A DNA stretch of 64,000 bases. It comes from Harriotta raleighana. Lineage: Eukaryota. The stretch is from assembly GCA_050575255.1 (NCBI GenBank), contig JBNZDD010013683.1:124001-188000 (forward strand), in the 5' to 3' direction. Position 1 is the first letter of the stretch. Every line of letters begins with the position of its first letter. The position numbers and the translations under genes are program-made. This document shows positions 36,001 to 45,790 of this stretch, piece after piece. Under the pieces are notes generated by a model. The model was not told the origin of the DNA. It was given only the letters and a program-made list of their open reading frames with translations, and searched no databases.

Positions 36001-39000
36001 TGTCTTCTGATACCAAATGCCATTATATAGGCTTATATGTATTTTGTACGTGATCACCCATACAATGTGTTCCATGTCTGCAGATTTTAGGAAGCGATTT
36101 CTCTGCCTGCTGTCATACCAGTTCAGCAGTTTCCCTCCCCATTTGGCACTGAATATTCTTCAGAATAAAAACATGAAACAGGAACCAAAGCCACGTGAGT
36201 ACTCATACCATTTGTTGGATGATTTTTTGTTAAAAAGGCATGGAATGGATGCATGTGTTCGTAAGGAAACCTTATCCAAGGACTTGGAAATTCAGTCCCA
36301 TGTTGGTTATGTAACATGAACAAGCTTTCATCTTATTGTGTTAGAAAATCTCAAAGTGTTTCACAGTGTTTACTACTGCNAGCGAAGCGGATATGTTCCC
36401 GTGTATCTGAGACAGACGCCTGTAAGTCGCTTGTATTCATGTGAATGTGAACATGCTTGGGAACCGATATAACAACAGCAAAATTACATTATAGAGAGCC
36501 TTTCATGTTGGGAGGACGTCCCAAGGTGCTGAAATAGTGAGATAGAGTGCCGCCATCTGGTAAAGTTAGTTAGTGCGCACAAAATAAAAGGGATGGGTAT
36601 TTCTCAGTTGCAAAAAAGAGAAGAGTAATCACTGGAAAGACCAAAGATGATCGCTGAATATAATACTGATTAAAACTATTTCATGCTTTTTTTGTCCCAA
36701 ATACAAGTCCTTGTCCTTTGCAAACACTCAGAGAATTTTTAACAAAGAAAAAAAAATTAGGCCGTTTCCTCAACTGTGCTTCAGGATACTTAGTATGAGA
36801 AGCGTACAGCAAATCACCTCAGCTGCTATCAACACCTCGACACCTGCCATTCTGCACTTGAGTGTACTTTTTGCACTAGAGGTTGGCTTTTAATAAAGGT
36901 TTTGTTAATTTCAGAATGATTTGACAGGTGAACACTCTTGCATCATGTTGAAGACACTGAATGAAGACGAGGAGGAACCTGGGCAACAGAACTGGCTCCA
37001 TGCCTTCTGGAAAGGTACAGACACAAAACTAGCCCTTCAGTAAAATATAATATGCTGATCCAGTTGTTGCACAACTGAAGTTAACCAGTTGTGTTTTGCA
37101 CCTTATTTGTGCTCTTGGTATTTGTGACTAGAAATTATGCTGTTGGTGAGAAGAGATGGAAAGTGTCTTCTGATACCAAATGCCATTATATAGGCTTATA
37201 TGTATTTTGTACGTGATCACCCATACAATGTGTTCCATGTCTGCAGATTTTAGGAAGCGATTTCTCTGCCTGCTGTCATACCAGTTCAGCAGTTTCCCTC
37301 CCCATTTGGCACTGAATATTCTTCAGAATAAAAACATGAAACAGGAACCAAAGCCACGTGAGTACTCATACCATTTGTTGGATGATTTTTTGTTAAAAAG
37401 GCATGGAATGGATGCATGTGTTCGTAAGGAAACCTTATCCAAGGACTTGGAAATTCAGTCCCATGTTGGTTATGTAACGTGAACAAGCTTTCATCTTATT
37501 GTGTTAGAAAATCTCAAAGTGTTTCACAGTGTTTACTACTGCATGTATTTGTAGGGGAATGTGACAGCCAATTTGTGGACAGCAATGTCCCACAAATAGC
37601 CAGGAAATTGTTGGCCAGGACTCTGTGAGAAACTCCCCTTTCACATAGTGACACAAATTCATTAACGTCCACTTGACCAGGCAGATGGTCCCCGAGTTTA
37701 CTATTTCTTCCTGAAGATGGCACCTCTGACAATGCAATTCCAACATTGCACTGAAATGTCAGCCTAGATAATGTGCTCAAAGCATCAACATAGGAAGTGA
37801 ATCCACAATCTGGTTTGGGAGACAAAAGTGCAACTAAACAAGCCACGCCATGCTGACGCATTTAAACGCAGTTCCTTTTTTTTTGATCTGAAGACGAAAC
37901 CAAATTTGACCTAAATGGAATGATGCATGTAGGAGGAGAGCCTTTCCTGTGGATATAAAATTAAAATTTTGAAAGTTTATTAAAGTACAACATTGCCGTA
38001 TATAATGTACACCAGATGTGGAGGCTTCAAATCTTAGGCTGGAGATTGGAAAGGAGGCAATTTGTAAGCTTGGTCTTAATTAAAGTTGACACCATACCCT
38101 TTTGTTGGTGAAACAAAGCCACGCAGTATCTCTGGCTCAGCTAACTCTAAATCTTTTGTTTTTCTAACAAAAGTATTGCTGCTTTTCTCTTCCCTACTTT
38201 ACTTGACTGTCAGACTGAGTTGTGTTGCATTCGTTCCCCAGGAGTTTATCCATGAGGCCACATTCCGTATGTGAGCCAAAAAAGTGGGTGTGGGATCTAG
38301 TGCAGGTGGTTTGATGGAGGGAGGCAGAGAGACAGCCAGCCCCATAGCCAGGCTCTGATACCTCGCCTGATGTAATAACGGAGAGATGCATTGCAAGACG
38401 CAGGAGTGCCAAGCTTGTGACTGTCTCGCTATACTGCAGGAACATCTGGTTTGATCCAATCTTGGTTTGGTGTTATGCAAGGCAGAGAATGATTATTGGA
38501 TGTGCATTGTTGCTTAATTATATCTGCTGCAGCATGCGTATCCTCAATAATAATATAATAATAATAATCCTTGCATTTGATATAGCGCTTTTCACATCTT
38601 ATCGACGTCTCAAAGCACTTCACAGAATATACTGTAAAGTGAATTGACTGTATATTTGTGGGTGAAACGACAACTCAAGGATGCAAAGATCAGTGATAGT
38701 TAGCATTCCGCACTGGCAGCTGCTAATGAGAGAAAAAAAATGTAAAACAAAATTAAACCACAATTAAGAGTTTTCAAAGCTGTAATCTGACCACAAGGTT
38801 CCAATGATACTTTTAAACTTGTCTGTGCTGCCTCATGAGCAAACAATTAATTAGACTTGTAATTAATCCAAGGTACCCATTATTTCAGCTTTAATTACAA
38901 GGCGGGCAATGGTGATACAGTATTGACTAAATTCAGATGGTTCAAAAACATATTTTAAATGCTTCCTCTTTCTACTGTAGCAGTGAGCAGGTCCGAGCTG

Positions 39001-42000
39001 GAAGCCTTATTTACACCGTATGATCTGAAGCGATTGGAGATGTACTCGCGAAATATGGTGGACTACCACCTGATCATGGACATGATTCCTTGCATTTCTC
39101 AGCTGTTCTTCCTGAAACAGCTTGGTGAAGTCTCTCTGTCTGCTGCACAGTCGGTAGGTATTGTGGTCTCTGGTCTCCGTGGGCCTTTCCATGGTCTACA
39201 AAGTATTGAATCAAATGATTGAGTTTGTGCATTGTCTCATAGTAATAAATCTGCTGTACACTCTTGTCATGTTAGTGTGTTTTAAATTAATCTTAGAAAC
39301 TAAGACTTTATATTAGTCCAGATTGAACTGAGGGACATTATGTGCTTCAATCTGGGAAAACTAATAATAAACTAACAACAATTATTTCAATTGATATAAA
39401 GATTTCCATGTTGGGAGGTGGTCTCAGAAGTGCTTTGCAGTGTTTACAGTAGTAACTTTTTTTTAGGAGTGGTCAAATTGCTGGTAACGTCGCAACCTCA
39501 CTATGTTCTCAATCCCAGGTGTATTCTTTTCCTCAACCTTCCTGATTCTGACTCGGTGACTCCCCTTTGCCATCTCCTTTCTGTACCTCTGGATCCACTC
39601 TTTTGGAGCTTTTATCTCTGCTTTGCGTTTCTTCCACCCTCTTCTCCATTCATCTTTGTACTATCTTATCCTTTTGATGCAGTATGTCAATTGCAATTTC
39701 TGTACTATGACTCTGATGTATGTTCAAATGTCAATGACATTTCCAGCAGACTAGCTTTCACTGTCAGTATTTATCAAGTCTGTAATCAGTTGTTGATTGC
39801 CAGTCCTGAAATTCAGACAACAGCAATCATCAACACTGGCTGTTGTGAGCGTTTGACACATGCCAGTATTTAAGACTAGAACTGTTGTAAGGTGTGAAGC
39901 AGCTGAAAACTCCGAAACCTCAATAGACTGATTTGTTTGCTTCACCAATAATCGCTGTTTGTTTATAACAAGACTATTGCATTGAAACCATATGTTTTTT
40001 GTGGGGGCTTGAATGGTCAAAAGAATCCTGGTAAATTGTCACTCTGTCTAGTGTAACATTGGTAGTGAAATTGATGGAGCCTGTACGTTATTTAGTAATG
40101 GGCTTTTTGATATCTGCTGGCAGGAGCCTGACTGTAGCCTGGGGTGGGAACAACTGATTTAGAGATACACAGAGCAGCATATTCATTTTATAATTGCAAT
40201 GTTGGACTCTCGGCATAAGTTTCAGGGACTCAAGTCTAATGTCTCCACATTTCATGTCTGTGGCCAAATTTATATTTAATAGAACCAAGATTCTTTAGAT
40301 CAGCCAGTTAGCTGGGTGCATTTTTTTCCTCTACTCCAGTATTCCCCTTCCTCCTCGTGGTAATGCTTTATGCTGTAGCTTTGCTGCACAGATAGAGAGC
40401 CTTCTGCGACTGCATCCAAGGAGCCTTTATGTTTTTCGCTTTTCTGAGGGTAATAATTCCTTCAAAATGGTAATAACAGTAATAATTTGGTCACTCCATC
40501 CATGACTGTTTGTGTAACACTGCTGTGGTCAATTGGCTGCCGCGTTTCACCCACAAAATATATAGTCAATTCACTTTATTGCATATTCTGCAAAGCGCTT
40601 TGAGACATCTCAACAACATATATAGTGCTACATCAAATGCAAGGATTATTATTTTATCTGATATGTGGTACGAATTTCAACAACAACAACTTGCATTTGT
40701 AAAGTCCCCTCCACATCAGGCGCCCTCTCGGAGTGCATGACAGCATGTGGGCATTTTAAACTTTTAATTAGATTTTTTTTTAATTTTGCTGACTTTTACA
40801 ACAAGAATTAACAGTAGGCCACCTCTGATTTTCTGAATGTATTTAACTCAACATATTAAACTGCAATGTTCCCCAAAGTCCCATACAAAAGACTGTCTAA
40901 TAGCGGAGAGTATAATTCGGCAATTTTACAAAGAGCTTGAGCCACAAGCTTGAGATATCATAACAGTAGGCAAAAGTCAATGTGAGTTGGAGTTTGTACC
41001 TTGCTGCAGTTTGACCAGTGTTTTTGTTTCCTCTGTTTGCAGGCAATGCTGTTAGGTATTGGACTTCAGCACAAGTCTGTCGACCAGCTGGAGAAGGAGA
41101 TTGAGCTTCCAGGTAGCCAACTGATGGGCCTTTTCAATCGATTGATCCGCAAAGTTGTCCAGGTAACTGAATCATACAGTAACATGGAGCTCAAGCCGTA
41201 GGTACACATCATTTAGGAGTTAATCTCAGTTTCACGTAACAACAACAACAAAGTTAATTTATGTAGCGCCTTTCACATCGGGAGAACGGCCCAATCACTT
41301 GAAAATAACAGCAAAATTAAAGTACCATTTGTCTGTAGAGTTTGCTTTGATCTGGAAGTGTTGATGTATAATAATTCATTTATTTAATTCTGATTATTTT
41401 AGGCTGTGCCTCTCCAAAATGTTAAGATCATATCATTCCTAGAATTCTATGGGACGGCAACAGAGGAGTTGAGGACAATCATGACATGTGTGTGCGCTAT
41501 CTAAACAGCTGTTTATTTTTTCCTCAGCTGCTGACTTAGCTGACGTGATTAAGTGGGTATTGAGCAAAGTGTCATTTATGAGGAACTTGGTATTTTAAGA
41601 AAAATCTGTTTTTATTTATCTCTCCTCCCTCTCTCTCTCTCTCTCTCTGTGTCCTGCAGCTCTTTAATACTATCCAAGAGAGAGCGGTGGAGGAACAAAT
41701 GGTTACCACAAAAGCTGTTGTCATGGAGCCAACAATTAAATCTCTTTCTGAAGACTTGGTATGATTAAAATCTTTAGTTAAATTCGTTTTCTGGTGGTAT
41801 TTATATCTAAGATTTCCAGCGCGTTCTGATGTTATCATGTATTAGGGGCGCTATTATAAATGCCAGTTGTATGGGACAGAGTTGAACCCTTTTTACTAGT
41901 GACTTTCCTGTGTCCCAGATGGAAGAGATTTCAGTTCATTCTGATTTCACTTTAATGTTTAAGTTACGTTTTTCTATCTTGTGCAGGAGGAAGCAGCGAA

Positions 42001-43583
42001 GGAATTCCAGGAGAAACACAAACAGGAGGTGGAGAAGCTGAAAGGAATGGATCTAACTCAGTAAGTTAATGAGCTCTGGAGGGTGGGAGTTATGGAATAG
42101 ATTTAAGAGACCATCTCTGAGATATTAGATCCATTACTGATCAGTATAAAGAGCCCAGTTTACCCTTACGTACATTTGGTTTTTTGGTCTAATATCCTAG
42201 TCCCCTAAATAGTTAGACCTTCTAGTTTGCTGGAATTGTGCTTTCCCATTTTGGGCTGTGGTTTGGAATCCACTTCAGTCAGATTGGTCGGGTGAATGTG
42301 TTCTTTTTATCTGATTATAAGAATCCTGAATTTGGTGAGTCTCAACCTGGGTCCAAATTACAGTGAAAACAAGCCACAACTTGGCCAAAAAACCCACAGA
42401 GAATGCCTGATGTGAGAAATCGTTCACTTTTTGTAGAAAATTGAGAAATTTTGAGGTTGGGATTAATGCATGTTTTGGAAAAAGAGTGGAATTGTTAGTA
42501 GGTGGAGATTATATTTTCATTTTAAAGAGACATTCTCATGAATTGGGAGAAATTGCTTTTCATCCACTACTACATTATTCAACGGCCTATCAGTATCAAA
42601 CAAACAAAATTAAATTTTTGGAGCTCCTTTCACGTCGGGAGGACGTCCCAAGTCGCTGAAAGATTCAGTAAGACGCTGAAGGCACCGGGCAAATTGGATG
42701 CCTTACGTTTCATTCAAGAATTGAGCTGTTTGTAACTTCTCCTTGTTTAGGTATGCAATCCGCGGGAATGATGATGAGTGGAATGAAGTGCTGAAGACAG
42801 CAGGACACAATGCCACCGTCATCAGCATTAAGAGGTAAGGTAGAGACCTGTTCCTGCAATCGTATGAAATGCCAGTCCCATATTCTGACCTTTCACTTCA
42901 GTATAATCGATCTGTTGACTGGCTTTGCTGAGGAATCGCTATGTTCAGAGTGGTGATGTTGCCACCACACATTACACCGCAGTACAGTAAAACCTCGTTT
43001 ATCCGGCACGCTCGGGGGGGGGGGGGGGGCGACTAATTGACTCTGCCGGATAAACGGTGGACAAGTCGCCGAAAACCCAACATAAAAAATTAACTTATTT
43101 TAAAACTTACCATGTTAATAATAGACTACTTAGTAACAGAATATTGTGTGAATACTTACCAATAAAGCATTCTAGCAGAGTCGGGGGGAAAAAATCGGTA
43201 AAACAGCATTTTTTACCAATCGGTAAAAAACCCAAGTGCGTAAGTTTACTAAGTGCGCATGTGCACTCATGCGCAAAGTAAGCCAACTCGCGATTCTGGA
43301 ATGGGGATTTGCCCCGGGAGGGGGTCGAGCAATTGAATCGGGTTACGGTTGATCGGGTCGCGGATGGACATGGTTTTACTGTATTTGGGAGATGGCTTCA
43401 GCTCAAGTTCCTGATTCTGGCTGTATGTCTTTGAGAAAGTGGCCAAATGTAAAGCAACAAAACTTTTTTTTTTCAAATTCTTCCAGTGACAAAAGGAAAT
43501 CAGATTCTACAGAGAAAGAGGCTCCACTGCCACCCAAGAAACAGAAGAAAATGAAAGGAAGGAAACCAAAGTGGGCAAAATAA
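20898..43583 (+). CDS. NAT10: RNA cytidine acetyltransferase NAT10 (Kre33/TmcA family), complete; 28 coding exons, 3069 nt, about 1022 aa
   Basis: Exon phases sum to an open frame from [14 protein letters not shown] to [12 protein letters not shown]; helicase Walker A GRGKS; [10 protein letters not shown]; GNAT motif [16 protein letters not shown]; basic C-terminal NLS/NoLS. Confidence 0.98.
21829..21920 (+). CDS. NAT10: NAT10 exon 3
   Basis: [30 protein letters not shown]; AG/GT. Confidence 0.95.
22509..22680 (+). CDS. NAT10: NAT10 exon 4
   Basis: [16 protein letters not shown]...[10 protein letters not shown]; AG/GT. Confidence 0.95.
23284..23406 (+). CDS. NAT10: NAT10 exon 5
   Basis: [21 protein letters not shown]...LYTMTM. 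Confidence 0.95.
23606..23667 (+). CDS. NAT10: NAT10 exon 6
   Basis: [20 protein letters not shown]. Confidence 0.95.
23756..23870 (+). CDS. NAT10: NAT10 exon 7
   Basis: [26 protein letters not shown]...PPKSM. Confidence 0.95.
24141..24248 (+). CDS. NAT10: NAT10 exon 8
   Basis: [36 protein letters not shown]. Confidence 0.95.
24357..24490 (+). CDS. NAT10: NAT10 exon 9 (Walker A)
   Basis: [44 protein letters not shown]. Confidence 0.95.
24866..24959 (+). CDS. NAT10: NAT10 exon 10
   Basis: [31 protein letters not shown]. Confidence 0.95.
25333..25431 (+). CDS. NAT10: NAT10 exon 11
   Basis: [33 protein letters not shown]. Confidence 0.95.
25590..25726 (+). CDS. NAT10: NAT10 exon 12
   Basis: [45 protein letters not shown]. 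Confidence 0.95.
26181..26478 (-). mobile_element. Full-length tRNA-derived SINE
   Basis: Reverse complement has TAGCTCAGTG (A box) and GGTTCGATTCC (B box), plus the family tail. Confidence 0.85.
26626..26750 (+). CDS. NAT10: NAT10 exon 13
   Basis: [20 protein letters not shown]...ARLTT. Confidence 0.95.
27551..27701 (+). CDS. NAT10: NAT10 exon 14
   Basis: [30 protein letters not shown]...PETCD; followed by U12-type donor gtatccat. Confidence 0.93.
27702..28392 (+). other. NAT10: U12-type (minor spliceosome) GT-AG intron of NAT10
   Basis: 5'ss GTATCCAT (consensus RTATCCTT); branch TTTTCCTCAAC at 28371-28381, 11 nt before AG; no polypyrimidine tract between branch and AG; junction CT|T gives [12 protein letters not shown]. 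Confidence 0.8.
28075..28325 (+). mobile_element. Tandem SINE 3' halves inside the NAT10 U12 intron
   Basis: Two successive AATATACAGTCAATTCACTT...GAGACGTC units ending in (ATT)n. Confidence 0.75.
28393..28489 (+). CDS. NAT10: NAT10 exon 15
   Basis: [32 protein letters not shown]. Confidence 0.95.
28943..29059 (+). CDS. NAT10: NAT10 exon 16
   Basis: [23 protein letters not shown]...LAVIQ. Confidence 0.95.
29234..29335 (+). CDS. NAT10: NAT10 exon 17
   Basis: [34 protein letters not shown]. Confidence 0.95.
29711..29785 (+). CDS. NAT10: NAT10 exon 18 (GNAT)
   Basis: [25 protein letters not shown]. Confidence 0.95.
30250..30455 (-). mobile_element. SINE inserted into NAT10 intron 18
   Basis: (AAT)n ATCCTTGCATTTGATATAGCGC... 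family tail; interrupts a segment homologous to 27871-27973. Confidence 0.8.
30553..30669 (+). CDS. NAT10: NAT10 exon 19 (GNAT acetyl-CoA motif)
   Basis: [20 protein letters not shown]...VSSE. Confidence 0.95.
32160..32293 (+). CDS. NAT10: NAT10 exon 20
   Basis: [44 protein letters not shown]. Confidence 0.95.
35210..35258 (+). CDS. NAT10: NAT10 exon 21
   Basis: [16 protein letters not shown]. Confidence 0.95.
35752..35851 (+). CDS. NAT10: NAT10 exon 22 (artefactual copy at 36915-37014)
   Basis: [33 protein letters not shown]. Confidence 0.93.
36084..36194 (+). CDS. NAT10: NAT10 exon 23 (artefactual copy at 37247-37357)
   Basis: [37 protein letters not shown]. Confidence 0.93.
36381..37542 (+). 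repeat. Tandem near-identical copy of 35218-36379; probable contig-overlap artefact
   Basis: Offset 1163; junction is a single n at 36380; begins mid-exon 21; one SNP seen (GTAACATG vs GTAACGTG). Confidence 0.85.
37500..37855 (-). mobile_element. Older DeuSINE (SacSINE1-like) copy
   Basis: GAAGATGGCACCTCTGACAATGCA...TGCACTGAAATGTCAGCCTAGATAATGTGCTCAA resembles chondrichthyan DeuSINE sequence (recalled, not searched). Confidence 0.6.
38547..38670 (-). mobile_element. SINE 3' fragment
   Basis: (AAT)n CCTTGCATTTGATATAGCGCTTTTCACATC... Confidence 0.8.
38981..39153 (+). CDS. NAT10: NAT10 exon 24 (NAGNAG acceptor: 38981 or 38984)
   Basis: [35 protein letters not shown]...LSAAQS. Confidence 0.95.
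40450..40652 (+). mobile_element. SINE 3' half
   Basis: AATTGGCTGCCGCGTTTCACCCAC...AAATGCAAGGATTATTATT. Confidence 0.8.
41043..41162 (+). CDS. NAT10: NAT10 exon 25
   Basis: [40 protein letters not shown]. Confidence 0.95.
41660..41758 (+). CDS. NAT10: NAT10 exon 26
   Basis: [33 protein letters not shown]. Confidence 0.93.
41987..42060 (+). CDS. NAT10: NAT10 exon 27
   Basis: [24 protein letters not shown]. Confidence 0.93.
42751..42834 (+). CDS. NAT10: NAT10 exon 28
   Basis: [27 protein letters not shown]. Confidence 0.93.
42985..43381. mobile_element. Tigger-like MITE (same family as 2485-3171) in the last NAT10 intron
   Basis: TA|CAGTAAAACCTCGTTTATCCGGCAC ... GGTTTTACTG|TA. Confidence 0.85.
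43487..43583 (+). CDS. NAT10: NAT10 last coding exon
   Basis: [31 protein letters not shown]; lysine-rich tail. Confidence 0.9.
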
Positions 43584-43644
43584 TGAGTCTTCTGGACAGT
43601 GACATCTGGAATTGTAATTTATTTTTAATCCAGTACGTATATAA

Positions 43645-43650
43645 AATAAA
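43645..43650 (+). terminator. Candidate proximal NAT10 poly(A) signal
   Basis: AATAAA about 60 nt after the stop codon. Confidence 0.45.
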
Positions 43651-45316
43651 AGGTAGTGAGGCAGAGCACCTCACAATATCATGATGTGAAGATTTGATCA
43701 TCATTTGGTTGCCACGTGAGTGCCATGACAAAGCCTCACTTGGAGTTTCAGGCTTTGCTGCACTTGCAAGAATCGCTGGAGACGCTGCGGGTAACTAGAC
43801 TGTTAAATCTTCTCTTCCAAACCCAGGAAAGCAGTGCCATTGATCACCACCAGCAGTGTCCTTGTAAACCACATTCGATGGATTCTGTATTTTATTACAG
43901 TGCCCCCCCTCCCCCCCCAAAACCACCTTTCGCCCTTAGGTAAATGTATTCTATCAAATTTGAAGGGTGAGCATCCTTTATATATACATTAAAAAATTGT
44001 GAATAAGTCAAATAACGCCTCTTTGCACCACAATTGTGCCAAATGTTTTCAAGATGGATTTTAAAAATATATATTTTATATATAGGCTTACTTACTCCCA
44101 AAAATGTTGTTAATTCGCTCCTTTCGTGTGGATAATTAAAAATCTGGAGTATATATGGTGTACTATCCCTGGTAATTGTAGTGCAGAATGGTGGAGTACA
44201 ATCGAAGGTTGAGGCAGAGGAAGATGTTTAAACCTTGCTTCCAGTTAATACTTGTGCATTAATGTACAACTGTAACTGTAACACAGCTGTCATTGTTGAC
44301 CTTTCCTGATCTCAGCACTCACTTGATATTCGACAAAATATTCTTTGGAACGGTCTGAATCAGCAATTGAAATGCATCGATGAGACAATGATGGAAGTGA
44401 TTCACATGACGTGCAGCAATGTTTTATAATTTGTACATTTCATTTAGGTTGTTCTAACCGATCTGAATCCAAACATTCCACTGCCAATTTATTTACTGTT
44501 CACGCATGAAAGTTTAATGAGATTGATGTGATGAATAATACAACCGTAATTTTTTTCATTGTAGAGTTCAAATCCTGACATCTACCTGGGGGTTTAATTT
44601 GGTGGGGAAAGGAAGGAGATCTAGATTTATAACTATAGAGTTCTAAATCAGTGAATTGAAACTCGTATCAGGTTTCCTGGATTTGTGTCAGGGGGTGGCG
44701 ATTGCAATCTAATTGGTTAAAATAAGCAAATAGCAGTATTCATGAAACAAGAAAGGTGTGGTGTGGTCAAAAGCAGAGGCTGAAGATGGCAGAAAGGTAT
44801 TGTGAGGTTTTAAATGCTTAAAGATACAGAAACATTGCCTTGTGAAAGAGGTTTTTACCTGTGACTGCTGTTTTTAAAAAATATTGTTGCTAATTTGCGA
44901 CGTCAGGTAAATGGCTGATAAAAGGAGCGGTTGCTTCTACCTGGTCATTCCTTCTGCCCTGTGTCTCCAGTTGTTAGTATTGGTGCCTGGTGTCTCACAG
45001 GTCTGTCGTGTTGTACTGTTCCTAGCTGCTGTCTTCATAACTAATGTCAGCTCAGGAGGCCAGAAACTTCATTGTTTAGTTGTTTTATAGCGGAGGCCAC
45101 TGTTTACAGCTGAGTTTTCTATTGGCCCGGCTTATCACTATATCAATTTATTGGAAGCGTCTCAAAGTAATTTACAGAATATACTTCTGCAAAGTGATTT
45201 AACTATATTTTGTGGACAAAATAAAAATGTCATAATTAGCACATTCAATGTCGCAGATTATAATTCAGGATTATTGATATTACCATCACACCATGTCACA
45301 TAGAAGCAATAAACCT

Positions 45317-45322
45317 TTTATT
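45317..45322 (-). terminator. Candidate distal ABTB2 poly(A) signal
   Basis: AATAAA on the minus strand with a GU-rich downstream element (ATGTGACATGGTGTGATGGT). Confidence 0.4.
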
Positions 45323-45743
45323 AGAAAGGCGATGTTACCAAAGAAAGTAGAACATTAGTTTAATAGGAGTAAGTATGTGTATACATACAGGGTGATTAAA
45401 AAGCATAACAACACTTACAGACATGATTATCATGGGATGTGTCAAAGCTTCAGGTCAGATTGATAAATCAATTGCAGCTGCATTGAAAGATTTGCAAACT
45501 GCAAACCTCAAAGGCCTGTTCCCCCTGTTGATGGCTGTTGCTTTCAATGTTGATTGGCAGTATTGGAGGTTCAGTCTTTTTGGTCAGGCTCACATTAATG
45601 ATCATGTAGAAAGTGGCAGCTTTCAGAAAACGCTAGTTTAGTCATTTTACAGATATCACAAATCTTCAAAATGGACCTTTTAAGGCTTCCAACCTTATTT
45701 GGCAATATCACAAACTAGACACATCATCTATGATGCACTCTCC

Positions 45744-45790
<47 letters not shown>

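Noticed and set aside
44528-44579. GTGATGA...CTGA with flanking GATG/CATC
   Set aside because: Too short (about 52 nt), not intronic, no guide sequence
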